From: Sedimentisphaerales bacterium
GTDB lineage: Bacteria; Planctomycetota; Phycisphaerae; Sedimentisphaerales; Anaerobacaceae
Assembly: GCA_963708075.1 (NCBI GenBank)
Contig: OY970194.1
Location: forward strand, 6,112,001-6,176,000
Direction: 5' to 3'
DNA length: 64,000 nt
Below the pieces are notes generated by a model that saw only the letters and a program-made list of their open reading frames with translations, made no database searches and was not told where the DNA came from. Shown here in pieces: positions 9,376 through 18,467 of the stretch (position 1 is its first letter; each line of letters starts with the position of its first letter). The translations under genes and the position numbers were made by a program.

Positions 9376-9437
9376 AGCCCACGAGGTGCGACCACGCGGA
9401 CTGTGCCGTGCTCCTGCCGGCGGTCTTCACAGCCACC

Positions 9438-10098
9438 CTATTGTTTACCCATTGAATTGATGAACGTATCCGCCTCGGCAATGGACGCATCCATTTCCTT
9501 GATCAAGGATGCCACATTGGACTCGATGGAAACGAGCTCACCCTGGAGCGAGGCGACGGCCTGGGCGTTCAAATTGTGCTTGAGGAACAGAACCTGGTCA
9601 CGGAACGCCGAAAGGACCGGGTCGATTTTACGCTCCGCCTGTTTCATGGCGCCGATGAGCTGGTTGTATCGAGCTTGCGTCTGTTTGAGGCTCTGCTCGC
9701 TGCTGCGGCGAAGATCCTTGTTCGTGTACTGGCCCAGCTCCGACTGCCACTCGGCGAACAGGTCCTTGGCGACGTTTTCCACGTCGCTGATGCGTGACGA
9801 GAACCGCTTTCGCCTCGCTTCTGTCCAGCTCCGACTTCAACTGATTGTACTTGCTCTGCAGTTCACTGGAGGGAACCTTGACAATGGAGCTGAACTTCTC
9901 GAAAGCGGTTTGAAACTGCTGCTTGGCATCCTCCTGCGCGTCGCGAGCATTCTCCACGCGACTCACCAGGATGTCCCTTTTGTGCTTTCCGAAGGTCTCC
10001 ATCGTCTTGTAGTAAGCACGCTCGCAGCCTGCGGAGAGCGCTATGAGACATGCTGTCTCGACAAAGAGAGAAATCCGGTACAGCAATGGCTTTATCAT
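9438..10098 (-). CDS. DUF2959-family lipoprotein with a +1 frameshift at ~9802 (probable sequencing error)
   Basis: LSAGC lipobox; YYKTMETFGKHKRDILVSRVE; second frame continues RISDVENVAKDLFAEW...LFLKHNLNAQA. Confidence 0.8.
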
Positions 10099-10270
10099 CG
10101 TCTCTACTCCTCTCAGGAACGGACTCACATCTTCTGCTCAGCCTGTCTCGTACGACGCCGGCAATACCCTGCCTCACTATGGTACAGCCTGCCCGCCACG
10201 CTCGCAACTACCTGGTTCGTGGCACGAAGATGGCGTGTGCGACCACATTTCGTGGGGGAGTGACGCCCAT

Positions 10271-10367
10271 TTGTCATGCTGAACGAAGTGAAGCATCTGG
10301 GCAGCGACCGTGACCAATGCTTGTTCCCGCGCTCAGCCCAGATCCTTCGCTACGCTCAGGATGACAA
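10271..10367. repeat. Palindromic intergenic element (GTCATGCTGA...TCAGGATGAC family)
   Basis: TTGTCATGCTGAACGAAGTGAAGCATCTGG ... CCAGATCCTTCGCTACGCTCAGGATGACAA. Confidence 0.7.
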
Positions 10368-10398
10368 GACTCGTAGGGTTCTCAACCCGCTCGCCAAT

Positions 10399-11619
10399 CT
10401 ACCGGGCCGGCGCCGGGACATTGGCAGGCTGGTCTTCGAAGATCTTGCGGTACACGTGGCAGTAGGGGGTTTTGCCGGTCGTGTTGTAGTAGTCCTGGTG
10501 GTAGTCCTCGGCGGGCCAGAATTTGCCGGCCTTGGTGATCTGCGTCTTCACGCTGAAACCTTTCTTCCGCAACTGCTTGACGAGGTCCTGGGCGATCTGC
10601 TTCTGCTCATCGTCAAGATAGAAGATGGCCGAGCGGTACTGCGTGCCGATGTCCGGGCCCTGGCGGTTCAACTGCGTGAAGTCGTGCGTCTCGAAGAAGA
10701 GCCTGGCCAGTTGCTCGTAGCTGGTCTTCGAAGGGTCGAAGATCACTTCGACTGTCTCGGCATGGCCGGTCCGGCCGGTGCTGACCTGCTTGTAGGTCGG
10801 GTTCTCCGTCCGCCCGCCCGTGTAGCCCACGGTCGTGGAGATCACGCCGGGGGCCCGTTGCATGTAGTACTCCGTGCCCCAGAAGCAGCCGGAGGCGAAG
10901 AGAGCCCGGCCTTGCGATTGGGGATTGGGAATTGCGGATTGCGGATTCGAGGCGGGCACCGCTGCGGCCTGCGCCATTGCCTTCTGCATTCGCTGCTCGG
11001 CGGGGATGAAGTCCATCGAGATCGAGTTCACGCAGTAGCGGGCGTTCTTAGGCGTGAGGCGTTCGCCGCGGAACAGGTGTCCCAGGTGAGCGCCGCAGTT
11101 GGTGCAGAGAATCTCGGTCCGCCTGCCGTCGCGGTCGCGCTGGCGTTTGACCGCCCCGGGGATCTGGTCGTCGAAACTCGGCCAGCCGCAATCCGAGCGG
11201 AACTTGCTCGATGATTCGAACAACTCGGCCCCGCACCGCGCGCAGGTGTAGACGCCCTTCTCGAAATGCTGATAGTATTTGCCGGAAAATGGCGGCTCGG
11301 TGCCTTTACGGACGATTACCTGTTCTTCTTGAGGTGTGAGTTTCTTCATCTTTGCGTAACTCTCCTGCCCTCTGTAAAGGGTCGTATCGTCGATGGCGAT
11401 ATTCGAGGTGGGGCTGCTGCCTGCCGCGGCCATCGCGATGATTGCGGCGAGATAGTCATCGAGGATCACTCCCCCGGTGGCTTGTGGCATGGCGCTGGTC
11501 GGTCGTGCGGCCGGCAAGGCGGTTCCCATCGTCAGCACAACTCCTGCCAGGGCGGCCGCGAAGGCCATGCCCTCTCTCGTACGTGGATGCCTGTTGCGAC
11601 GCATGATTAAGCCTTTCAC
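10399..11619 (-). CDS. msrAB: Bifunctional methionine sulfoxide reductase (MsrB-MsrA order) with N-terminal export signal
   Basis: MsrB GWPSF and RYCVNS; MsrA GCFWG, GHAE and AEDYHQDY. Confidence 0.92.
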   Translation of the reverse strand: MKGLIMRRNRHPRTREGMAFAAALAGVVLTMGTALPAARPTSAMPQATGGVILDDYLAAIIAMAAAGSSPTSNIAIDDTTLYRGQESYAKMKKLTPQEEQVIVRKGTEPPFSGKYYQHFEKGVYTCARCGAELFESSSKFRSDCGWPSFDDQIPGAVKRQRDRDGRRTEILCTNCGAHLGHLFRGERLTPKNARYCVNSISMDFIPAEQRMQKAMAQAAAVPASNPQSAIPNPQSQGRALFASGCFWGTEYYMQRAPGVISTTVGYTGGRTENPTYKQVSTGRTGHAETVEVIFDPSKTSYEQLARLFFETHDFTQLNRQGPDIGTQYRSAIFYLDDEQKQIAQDLVKQLRKKGFSVKTQITKAGKFWPAEDYHQDYYNTTGKTPYCHVYRKIFEDQPANVPAPAR

Positions 11620-11802
11620 ATTACTGCATCAACGCTAAAGGTTTATACAGCCGGTGCAAGGCAATTGTTTGATCGATCTGCTGTCGTCGAACAGTTGGCG
11701 CGGATGAAGCATCGCCGGTAGAATAGCTTAAACAGTTGCAGGCGGCTTTCGGGCGTCGCGGCTGCCGGAAGATATAGGAAAAACCTTAAGGGAGGCTGGT
11801 CT

Positions 11803-12993
11803 ATGAATCCTCACGTGCATCCCATGTATCGGCGCGAGTTCCTGGAGAAATTGGGAATGGCCTCGCTGGGAGCGGTCGCCGCAAGTGGTCTGGCCGTACG
11901 TGCAGTCGGGGCGCAGGAACAGGGGCAGAAGAAGTGGGAACCCGTCTCCGACCGCAAGGTGCGCGTGGGGATCGTCGGCTACGGCGTGTGCCAGTTCGGG
12001 GCAGCGTTCGGCTTCCAGGACCACCCGAATGTCGAGATCGTCGCCGTGAGCGACCTGATCCCGCAACGGTGCAAGGGCCTGATGGAGGCCTGCCGCTGCT
12101 CCAAGTCGTATGAGTCCCTGGAGGAGTTGGTGAAAGACCCGAAGATCGAGGCGGTGTTCGTGGCGACCGACGCGGCCAGTCACGCGCGACATTGCATGGA
12201 GGTCCTCGATCACGGCAAGCACGTGATGACCGCTGTGCCGGCGGTGCTCGGATCCATTGAAGACGCCGAGAAGCTTTTGGAGACCGTCAAGAAGACCGGA
12301 CTCAAGTACATGATGGCCGAGACAAGCTGCTACCGCGAGGATTGCTGCGCCATGCGGCAGATTTATCGCGCGGGCGGGTTCGGCAGGCTCGTGTACTCCG
12401 AGGGCGAGTACTATCACTTCAGCCCGACGCCCATCGATTCGTTCAAGGGCTGGCGGATCGGCCTGCCGCCCATGTGGTATCCCACGCACTCGACGGCCTA
12501 TTACGTCGGCGTCACCGGCAAGCGGCTCACCTCCGTCTCCGCCATCGGCTTCAACGCCGGATACCCTGAGTGCCGGCCTGATGCGAACAAGTACGGAAAC
12601 CCGTTTACCGATGAGGTCGCCCTGTTCGAGACGAGCGAGGGCGGCTCGTCCCGCATGCTCATGTGCAAGGGCGTCCAGGGGGCCATCGTCGAGACCGGCA
12701 GGGTCTTCGGCGAGAAAGGCTGGATGAATGAGATGAAGTACCAGGGCGTGATGAAGCAGTTGCCCGACCTGGACCGTCCGGCGCTTCCGCCCGGCATGCC
12801 CGCCGGCGGACACGGCGGCTCCCACGGGCCCCTGGCCAACGAGTTCGTCTCAGCGATCCTCGAGAACCGTGACCCGTTGGTGAACATCTACGAAGCCCTG
12901 GCGATGACTGTCCCCGGCGTCGTCGCCCACCAGTCCGCCCTCAAAGGCGGCGAGCGCCTCAAGGTCCCACAGTTCGACCCGCCCAAGGCGTGA
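11803..12993 (+). CDS. Gfo/Idh/MocA oxidoreductase with Tat signal
   Basis: YRREFL; VRVGIVGYG; GHGGSH; SD GGAGG upstream. Confidence 0.88.
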   Translation: MNPHVHPMYRREFLEKLGMASLGAVAASGLAVRAVGAQEQGQKKWEPVSDRKVRVGIVGYGVCQFGAAFGFQDHPNVEIVAVSDLIPQRCKGLMEACRCSKSYESLEELVKDPKIEAVFVATDAASHARHCMEVLDHGKHVMTAVPAVLGSIEDAEKLLETVKKTGLKYMMAETSCYREDCCAMRQIYRAGGFGRLVYSEGEYYHFSPTPIDSFKGWRIGLPPMWYPTHSTAYYVGVTGKRLTSVSAIGFNAGYPECRPDANKYGNPFTDEVALFETSEGGSSRMLMCKGVQGAIVETGRVFGEKGWMNEMKYQGVMKQLPDLDRPALPPGMPAGGHGGSHGPLANEFVSAILENRDPLVNIYEALAMTVPGVVAHQSALKGGERLKVPQFDPPKA

Positions 12994-13004
12994 AGCCCGC
13001 AGGG

Positions 13005-13042
13005 ATAAGACCCATAGGACGAGTAGGACCCATGGGACCTAT
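13005..13042. repeat. Degenerate 9-bp tandem repeat (ATAGGACCC-like, 4 units)
   Basis: ATAAGACCC ATAGGACGA GTAGGACCC ATGGGACCT. Confidence 0.6.
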
Positions 13043-13064
13043 ATTGGCCGCTCGTTTCAGGCGG

Positions 13065-15137
13065 TCATCGGGCTGTGGCGACGGCATCAGGGACTGCGAT
13101 GAAGAATATGCTGCCTCTGCCCGGGGCGCTTTTGATTTTCATTCGACCGCCGAGCAGCTCGGCACGCTCGCGGATGGTCAACAACCCGGAACCGGCTGTC
13201 TCCGCAAGCGACGCCACATCGAATCCCCGGCCCTTGTCGGAAAGGATCAGCCATAATTCATCACGCACTCGCTGCAATCGCAGCCTGACCTCCCGCACTT
13301 GCGCATGCTTGACGGCGTTGAACAGGATCTCTCTCGCCGCCCTGTACACGAAACTCCTTACCGCTTCGGAATCTGAGTCGGTGCGGCCGCGGATTTCTAC
13401 GCGGACCGTCAGCCCGTGCTTACTTTCCATCTGACCCGCCAGCCAATCGAAGATGGCGTCCAGTCTGCCACTGTATAGCAGGGGCGGCCCCAGCTCGTGT
13501 GACAGGCTTCGCGATTTCTCGATCGCGTCCTTGAGCATCTGTTTGGTTTGCTCCAGGATCTCCTGAGCCTCCTCGTCGCTCTCAATCCGGCCGGCGAGGA
13601 TGCCCAGGTGGAATTTTGCCGCCGCGAGGATCTGTTGCAGGTCGTCGTGGAGAAACTCGGCCAGCCGCCTTCGTTCACACTCTTCCGCCTGTGAGAGCTC
13701 CAGCGTCAGTTTCTGAAGCTGGCCGGCGCGGTGCGTCAGCTCCTCCATCGCCGCTTGCAGCCGGTCAACCGTTTGGTTCAACTGCGTGGTTCGCGCCTGT
13801 ACTTGCTCCTCCAGTCGCTCATTCGCCTGTTGCAGCATGGTTTCCATCTGTTTTCGCTGCGTGATGTCCACACCGATCCCTCCGACGAATTTCCTGCCGG
13901 AGGCGTCGTCGAAGGGGAACTTGAAGTTCCACCAGCAGCATCGCCGGCCGTCGGGAGAAGGACTCTCTTCCACGACCTCAAGAGGTCGGCCGGTGCTGAG
14001 TACCTCCAGATCATTTTTGCGGAACTCGTTTGCCACCTCTTGCGGCCAAAGCTCAAGATCCGTCTTTCCACGCCAATCTTCGAGCCGCACGCCGAAACGT
14101 CTCTCGTAGGCTTCGCTGAGGTATACGTATCGGCCTTTCACATCCTTCATCCACGCAATGGCCGGGGAGTTGTTCATGAACGCCTGGAATCGCTCTTCGC
14201 TCTCATGCAGCGCTTCGGCGGCCCGCCTGCGCTCCGTCACGTCGCGAACGATCGCAAGCGCTACAGGACGGTCGCCAAATTGGACGAGGCTTGCATTGAT
14301 TTCGACAGGGATGCGCCGGCCATCCTTTGCGACGCCAGTGATCTCAAACGAAATCCTGCCCGACTGTCGGACCTTTCCAATGAGTTCCAGAATCCTCTCT
14401 CTTGTGCCATCCTCTACAAGATCAAACAGAGATAATTTCAGAAACTCCTCGCGTGCATAGCCCAACATCCGGCAGACGCCATCGTTCACATCGATGAATC
14501 TTCCCTTCCGCGATGAGACAGGCAATTCATAGAGCGCGATACCGTCGAGGGCGCATTCCCAAAGGCTCTTGTATCGTTCTTCGCTTTCCCGCAGCGTTTT
14601 TTCGCTGTAGAGCCGGCCGAACAACGATTCGATTTCGTGCACCAGGACCCAGAGACCTTGAATATCCGCTCTTTCAGGCGGCTCGACCCGGAGGGAGGCG
14701 ACGTTGAGGAAGCCAAAGAGAATTCCGCTCGCCCGCAATGGAAAAGAGAACGCATGCTGTATCCCATGCTTGTGGAAGAGTTCCCGCATGACCGAAGAGA
14801 TCTCGGCCAGCTCGATGGGTTCTCGTTGGCCGAGCAGAGTTTGGACTGGTGGGGGCCTCAGCGACATGTGCGTCACTTCGCGGATGAATGCCTCCGGCAG
14901 ACCCCGGTGATGGCGGAGCACGGCGACATCGCCCTCCACCCAGTAGACGCCACCTCCATCCATCTGCGTGACATCCAGCGCGGCGTCGAGCAAAGGCTCG
15001 AGTGCTTCATCGAGTGTCGCGCACCGGCTGATCGAAAGGATGGCATTGAGCAATCGCTCATTCAAGGCGGCTGGATTCAACTGCGCAAGTGTCCGATCCC
15101 CCTCATCGGTCTTTTCCGGCCTCCGTTCCCTGGCCAT
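13065..15137 (-). CDS. GAF-PAS-PAS sensor histidine kinase (HisKA_3 type)
   Basis: ERRRLAEFLHDDLQQ; EILFNAVKHA; DKGRGF; two PAS/PAC units; start chosen after an AGGGGG SD. Confidence 0.88.
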   Translation of the reverse strand: MARERRPEKTDEGDRTLAQLNPAALNERLLNAILSISRCATLDEALEPLLDAALDVTQMDGGGVYWVEGDVAVLRHHRGLPEAFIREVTHMSLRPPPVQTLLGQREPIELAEISSVMRELFHKHGIQHAFSFPLRASGILFGFLNVASLRVEPPERADIQGLWVLVHEIESLFGRLYSEKTLRESEERYKSLWECALDGIALYELPVSSRKGRFIDVNDGVCRMLGYAREEFLKLSLFDLVEDGTRERILELIGKVRQSGRISFEITGVAKDGRRIPVEINASLVQFGDRPVALAIVRDVTERRRAAEALHESEERFQAFMNNSPAIAWMKDVKGRYVYLSEAYERRFGVRLEDWRGKTDLELWPQEVANEFRKNDLEVLSTGRPLEVVEESPSPDGRRCCWWNFKFPFDDASGRKFVGGIGVDITQRKQMETMLQQANERLEEQVQARTTQLNQTVDRLQAAMEELTHRAGQLQKLTLELSQAEECERRRLAEFLHDDLQQILAAAKFHLGILAGRIESDEEAQEILEQTKQMLKDAIEKSRSLSHELGPPLLYSGRLDAIFDWLAGQMESKHGLTVRVEIRGRTDSDSEAVRSFVYRAAREILFNAVKHAQVREVRLRLQRVRDELWLILSDKGRGFDVASLAETAGSGLLTIRERAELLGGRMKIKSAPGRGSIFFIAVPDAVATAR

Positions 15138-15285
15138 GGTGTACCCCCTGCGGTTGGTTCTGCGTCGAACGGACTCCTCGGCGTCGTAGAGCCCGTCAGG
15201 ACAAATCATATCCGGTACTATGCAGATTGTACATAGCCGAATTTGCACAATCTGCAAGATTTTGTTTTGCCGGGGGTACTTGTGG

Positions 15286-16446
15286 CTATCGGTCGATTAT
15301 TCCGGCTGTGCTGCCGCTGGCCTGGGATTCAAGGGCGGCGGTGAAGAGCTTGTGCCAGGTGACGCTTTCTTCGGGCGTGGCGCAGCCTGCGAATCGGGCG
15401 AGCGGCTTGCCCATGTCGAGCTCATAGAGGAACGCTGCCCACATCTGAAGGATCGCGTCGCAGACGCCGAACTGAAATATGTCGCCCGTGATCGATGGGA
15501 ACGTTACTTCGTGACCCATGTCGATCCGCCGCCACGCCTGCTCGCCGCCGACCTCATATTCGAGCAGTTCCAGTGCGTTGGCGTCCTTGAGGCTGTATTT
15601 GACGCTCGCCCGGGTCCCGTAAATCTCGATATACCAGTTGTTCTTCTCGCCCGGCGAGATGCGATCGATCCGCAGGCTGAAAGGAAAGTCGCTTTTCGAC
15701 GCCGGGTCCTCGGCCTCGCACAGCAGCGTCGCGTTGTCCCATGTCTCGCACGGGACCATTCCTCCCCGGCCGTCCGGCCTCTCGCGCACGATGTTGGACA
15801 GGACCGCCCGCACGTTTCGCGGCAGCCAGCCGGCCCGCAGAGGGATGGTGCACGGGTGCGGCCCGAGATCGCCCATAACGCCGTACTGCCCGTTGTACTC
15901 GACCATGCGTTTCCAGTTGATGGGCTTCTGCGGATTCAGGTCGCTGCTGTGCAGGAAGCCCGCATTGACCTCGATGATCCGGCCGAACGCCCCCGCGTCG
16001 ATCATCCGGCCAATCCGCTGGACCGCGGGAAAGAAGACAAACTGCGACGCGCACCGGACGAAGCATTTGGGATGCCTGCGGACTGCGGCCAGAATCGCAT
16101 CGTTGGCTCTCAGGTCGATGCCGAAGGGTTTCTCGCCCATCAGGTGCTTGCCCGCCTCCAGGGCGGCGATGAAGAATTCCTCATGCAAATTGTGTGGCAC
16201 GGCGATGTACACCGCCTCGATCTCGGGATTCTTCAACAGCTCGCGATAGTCATTCGTGACCTGCCGGATAGTCGGGACATGCTGTTTGAACCAGTCGACT
16301 TTTGGCGTCACAAGCGTGCGGTTGCAGATGGCCACGATCTCCGGCCGAACCGTCATCTCCGGCAGGTGCAGCCATCGCGCCGCCGCACTGGCAAACTCCC
16401 GCCCCATCATTCCACAGCCAATGATCCCAAACCGAACCGTCCGCAT
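15286..16446 (-). CDS. Gfo/Idh/MocA oxidoreductase
   Basis: VRFGIIGCG; GKHLMGEKP; GVMGDLGPH. Confidence 0.88.
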   Translation of the reverse strand: MRTVRFGIIGCGMMGREFASAAARWLHLPEMTVRPEIVAICNRTLVTPKVDWFKQHVPTIRQVTNDYRELLKNPEIEAVYIAVPHNLHEEFFIAALEAGKHLMGEKPFGIDLRANDAILAAVRRHPKCFVRCASQFVFFPAVQRIGRMIDAGAFGRIIEVNAGFLHSSDLNPQKPINWKRMVEYNGQYGVMGDLGPHPCTIPLRAGWLPRNVRAVLSNIVRERPDGRGGMVPCETWDNATLLCEAEDPASKSDFPFSLRIDRISPGEKNNWYIEIYGTRASVKYSLKDANALELLEYEVGGEQAWRRIDMGHEVTFPSITGDIFQFGVCDAILQMWAAFLYELDMGKPLARFAGCATPEESVTWHKLFTAALESQASGSTAGIIDR

Positions 16447-16498
16447 ATCCAGCCTCCACTTACTTAGCGTGTGACCATCCACGGCAAAATGCATCACC

Positions 16499-16699
16499 TC
16501 ATTCGGTGATCTCTCGCTCCAGGAGCATGTTCAGGCCGCCTTTCCAGGACGCCAGCGCTCGAAGACTGACTTCTCCATACAAGCGGTTGAGACGCCAGCC
16601 CTCACTGCCGAACCGATTCAGGGTGTCGAGTATTTGCCCTTCATTCGGCTTGCCGGTTTCGAGTTTCAGATAATGAATCTTGTACTCGTACTTCTTCAT
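16499..16699 (-). CDS. DUF4177-like small protein
   Basis: MKKYEYK...LNRFGSEGWRL...LLERE; SD AAGGAG. Confidence 0.75.
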   Translation of the reverse strand: MKKYEYKIHYLKLETGKPNEGQILDTLNRFGSEGWRLNRLYGEVSLRALASWKGGLNMLLEREITE

Positions 16700-16935
16700 T
16701 GGGGTCTCCTTCACCAACCAGGAAGATCGTAGCACGACAAGCTTGACGAGGCGGGCATGCGGATGAATCCCCCGCCGCCTGAACTACGTCATCTTGGTAA
16801 ATCGCCGGCTTGCCCCCTGCAAATACTAACTTGTCACATTTTAGTATTGGATCAGTATATGGTCGAGCTACCCAGGCCAGTCCGATAAGAAAGGCATTCC
16901 CGGCATAAGAGCGAGATCGGTCTTTTGGCATATCC

Positions 16936-18291
16936 TCAGATCGTTCGGAGGAGATGGGCGGCGGCCTTGGTGCCTCGGATGAAACTGTCGAGGCTGAAAT
17001 GCTCGTTGGGTCCGTGCGGCCGGTCGCTGTCGAGGCCGAAGCCCATCAGGATCACCGGGCAGCCGAGTTGCTCCACGAAGGTGTTGACCACGGGGATCGA
17101 GCCGCCGCAGCGAATGAACACCGCGTCGTGACCGAACCCGCGGCGCAGGGCTTCCTGCGAGGCGCGGATGATCGGATTGTTCACGTCGAACAGCACCGGC
17201 GGGCTGGCTCCGAATTGCGTGAGCTCCAGGCGAACGGTGTCCGGGCAGACGGACCGGATATGCTCGAAGACCACGTCCCGGATTCGGTCGGGGTCCTGGT
17301 GGGGGACGAGTCGGACACTGAGCTTGGCCGTGGCGGAGGCAGGGATGATCGTCTTGGATCGCTGGCCCTGGTAGCCGCCGAAGATGCCGTTGATCTCGAA
17401 GGTGGGCCGGGCCCAGAGCCGCTCCAACGCGCTGTAGCCGGGTTCGCCGTGCAGGCTGGGGATGCTCAACTCGCGGGCAAGGCCCTCCTCATCGAAATTG
17501 AGTTTGCGGAAGCCCTCGCGTTCCCAGTCCTCCAGGGGCGCGACATCATCGTAAAAATGCGGGATCAGGACCTTACCGTCCCGCGAGACGCATTGGGCCA
17601 GGATCTGGGCGACGACCATGGCGGGATTGGCGATGGCGCCGCCGTAGGCGCCGGAATGGACGTCTGTCGATGGGCCCTTCACGGTGAATTCAAAGGCGAC
17701 AATGCCGCGAAGACCATAGGTAATCGCGGGGGTGTTCTTGTCGTACATGGTTGTGTCGGAGACGACGATGGCATCGGGCTTCAGCTCGGCCCTGGCCTGC
17801 TTGACGTAGCGGCCCAGGGCATCGCCGCCGGACTCCTCCTCGCCCTCGAGCAGGAAGATAACCTCGCAGGGAAGCTGTCCCTCGGTCTTGATCAGGCTCT
17901 CGACGGCCTTGACATGGGTGAAGACCTGTCCCTTGTCGTCAGTGGCCCCGCGGCCGTACAGGGTGTCGCCCTTGACCGTCGGCTCGAAGGGCGGCGTCTC
18001 CCACTGATCGATCGGATCCTCCGGCTGGACATCATAATGCCCGTAGATCATCACGCGGCGCGGGCTCTTGCCCTTCTTGGACGCCCGCACGATCGGCTGG
18101 CCGCCGATGTCCACCAGTTGCGCCTCGAAGCCCAGGCCCTTGAGATGGTCCCTCAGCCATTCGGCGCAGGCCCGCGTGTCCCCGTCATGGTCGCGCTGCG
18201 CGCTGACCGAGGGGAACCGCATCCACTGCTTGAGCTCTTCGATAAAGCGACCGCGATTCGCGTCGATGTAGCTCTCAATTCGATCCGTCAT
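16936..18291 (-). CDS. M20 family dipeptidase
   Basis: YGHYDVQP; GRGATDDKG; EGEEE; HGPNE. Confidence 0.92.
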   Translation of the reverse strand: MTDRIESYIDANRGRFIEELKQWMRFPSVSAQRDHDGDTRACAEWLRDHLKGLGFEAQLVDIGGQPIVRASKKGKSPRRVMIYGHYDVQPEDPIDQWETPPFEPTVKGDTLYGRGATDDKGQVFTHVKAVESLIKTEGQLPCEVIFLLEGEEESGGDALGRYVKQARAELKPDAIVVSDTTMYDKNTPAITYGLRGIVAFEFTVKGPSTDVHSGAYGGAIANPAMVVAQILAQCVSRDGKVLIPHFYDDVAPLEDWEREGFRKLNFDEEGLARELSIPSLHGEPGYSALERLWARPTFEINGIFGGYQGQRSKTIIPASATAKLSVRLVPHQDPDRIRDVVFEHIRSVCPDTVRLELTQFGASPPVLFDVNNPIIRASQEALRRGFGHDAVFIRCGGSIPVVNTFVEQLGCPVILMGFGLDSDRPHGPNEHFSLDSFIRGTKAAAHLLRTI

Positions 18292-18467
18292 TCTCCTGTA
18301 TCCTCCCAGTCAAAGCGGATGCATTCACACTCATATCAGTTCAATCGAAGCGCTATTCTACCCTGAGCATGCATAATTCGGCTACAGGGAAATGCTTAGT
18401 ACTCCGATTGTCCGAGGGACTTATACCCCTGCTTGTCTGAATCATGCAAAGGTGTAGGACGCGCGAG

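Noticed and set aside
9799..9806. Programmed ribosomal frameshifting at the recurrent motif
   Set aside because: The motif occurs in both orientations relative to coding strands, has no slippery run, and affects unrelated genes
16641..16931. 96-aa ORF in a lower-GC spacer
   Set aside because: No motif or clear RBS, and it overlaps the DUF4177-like gene
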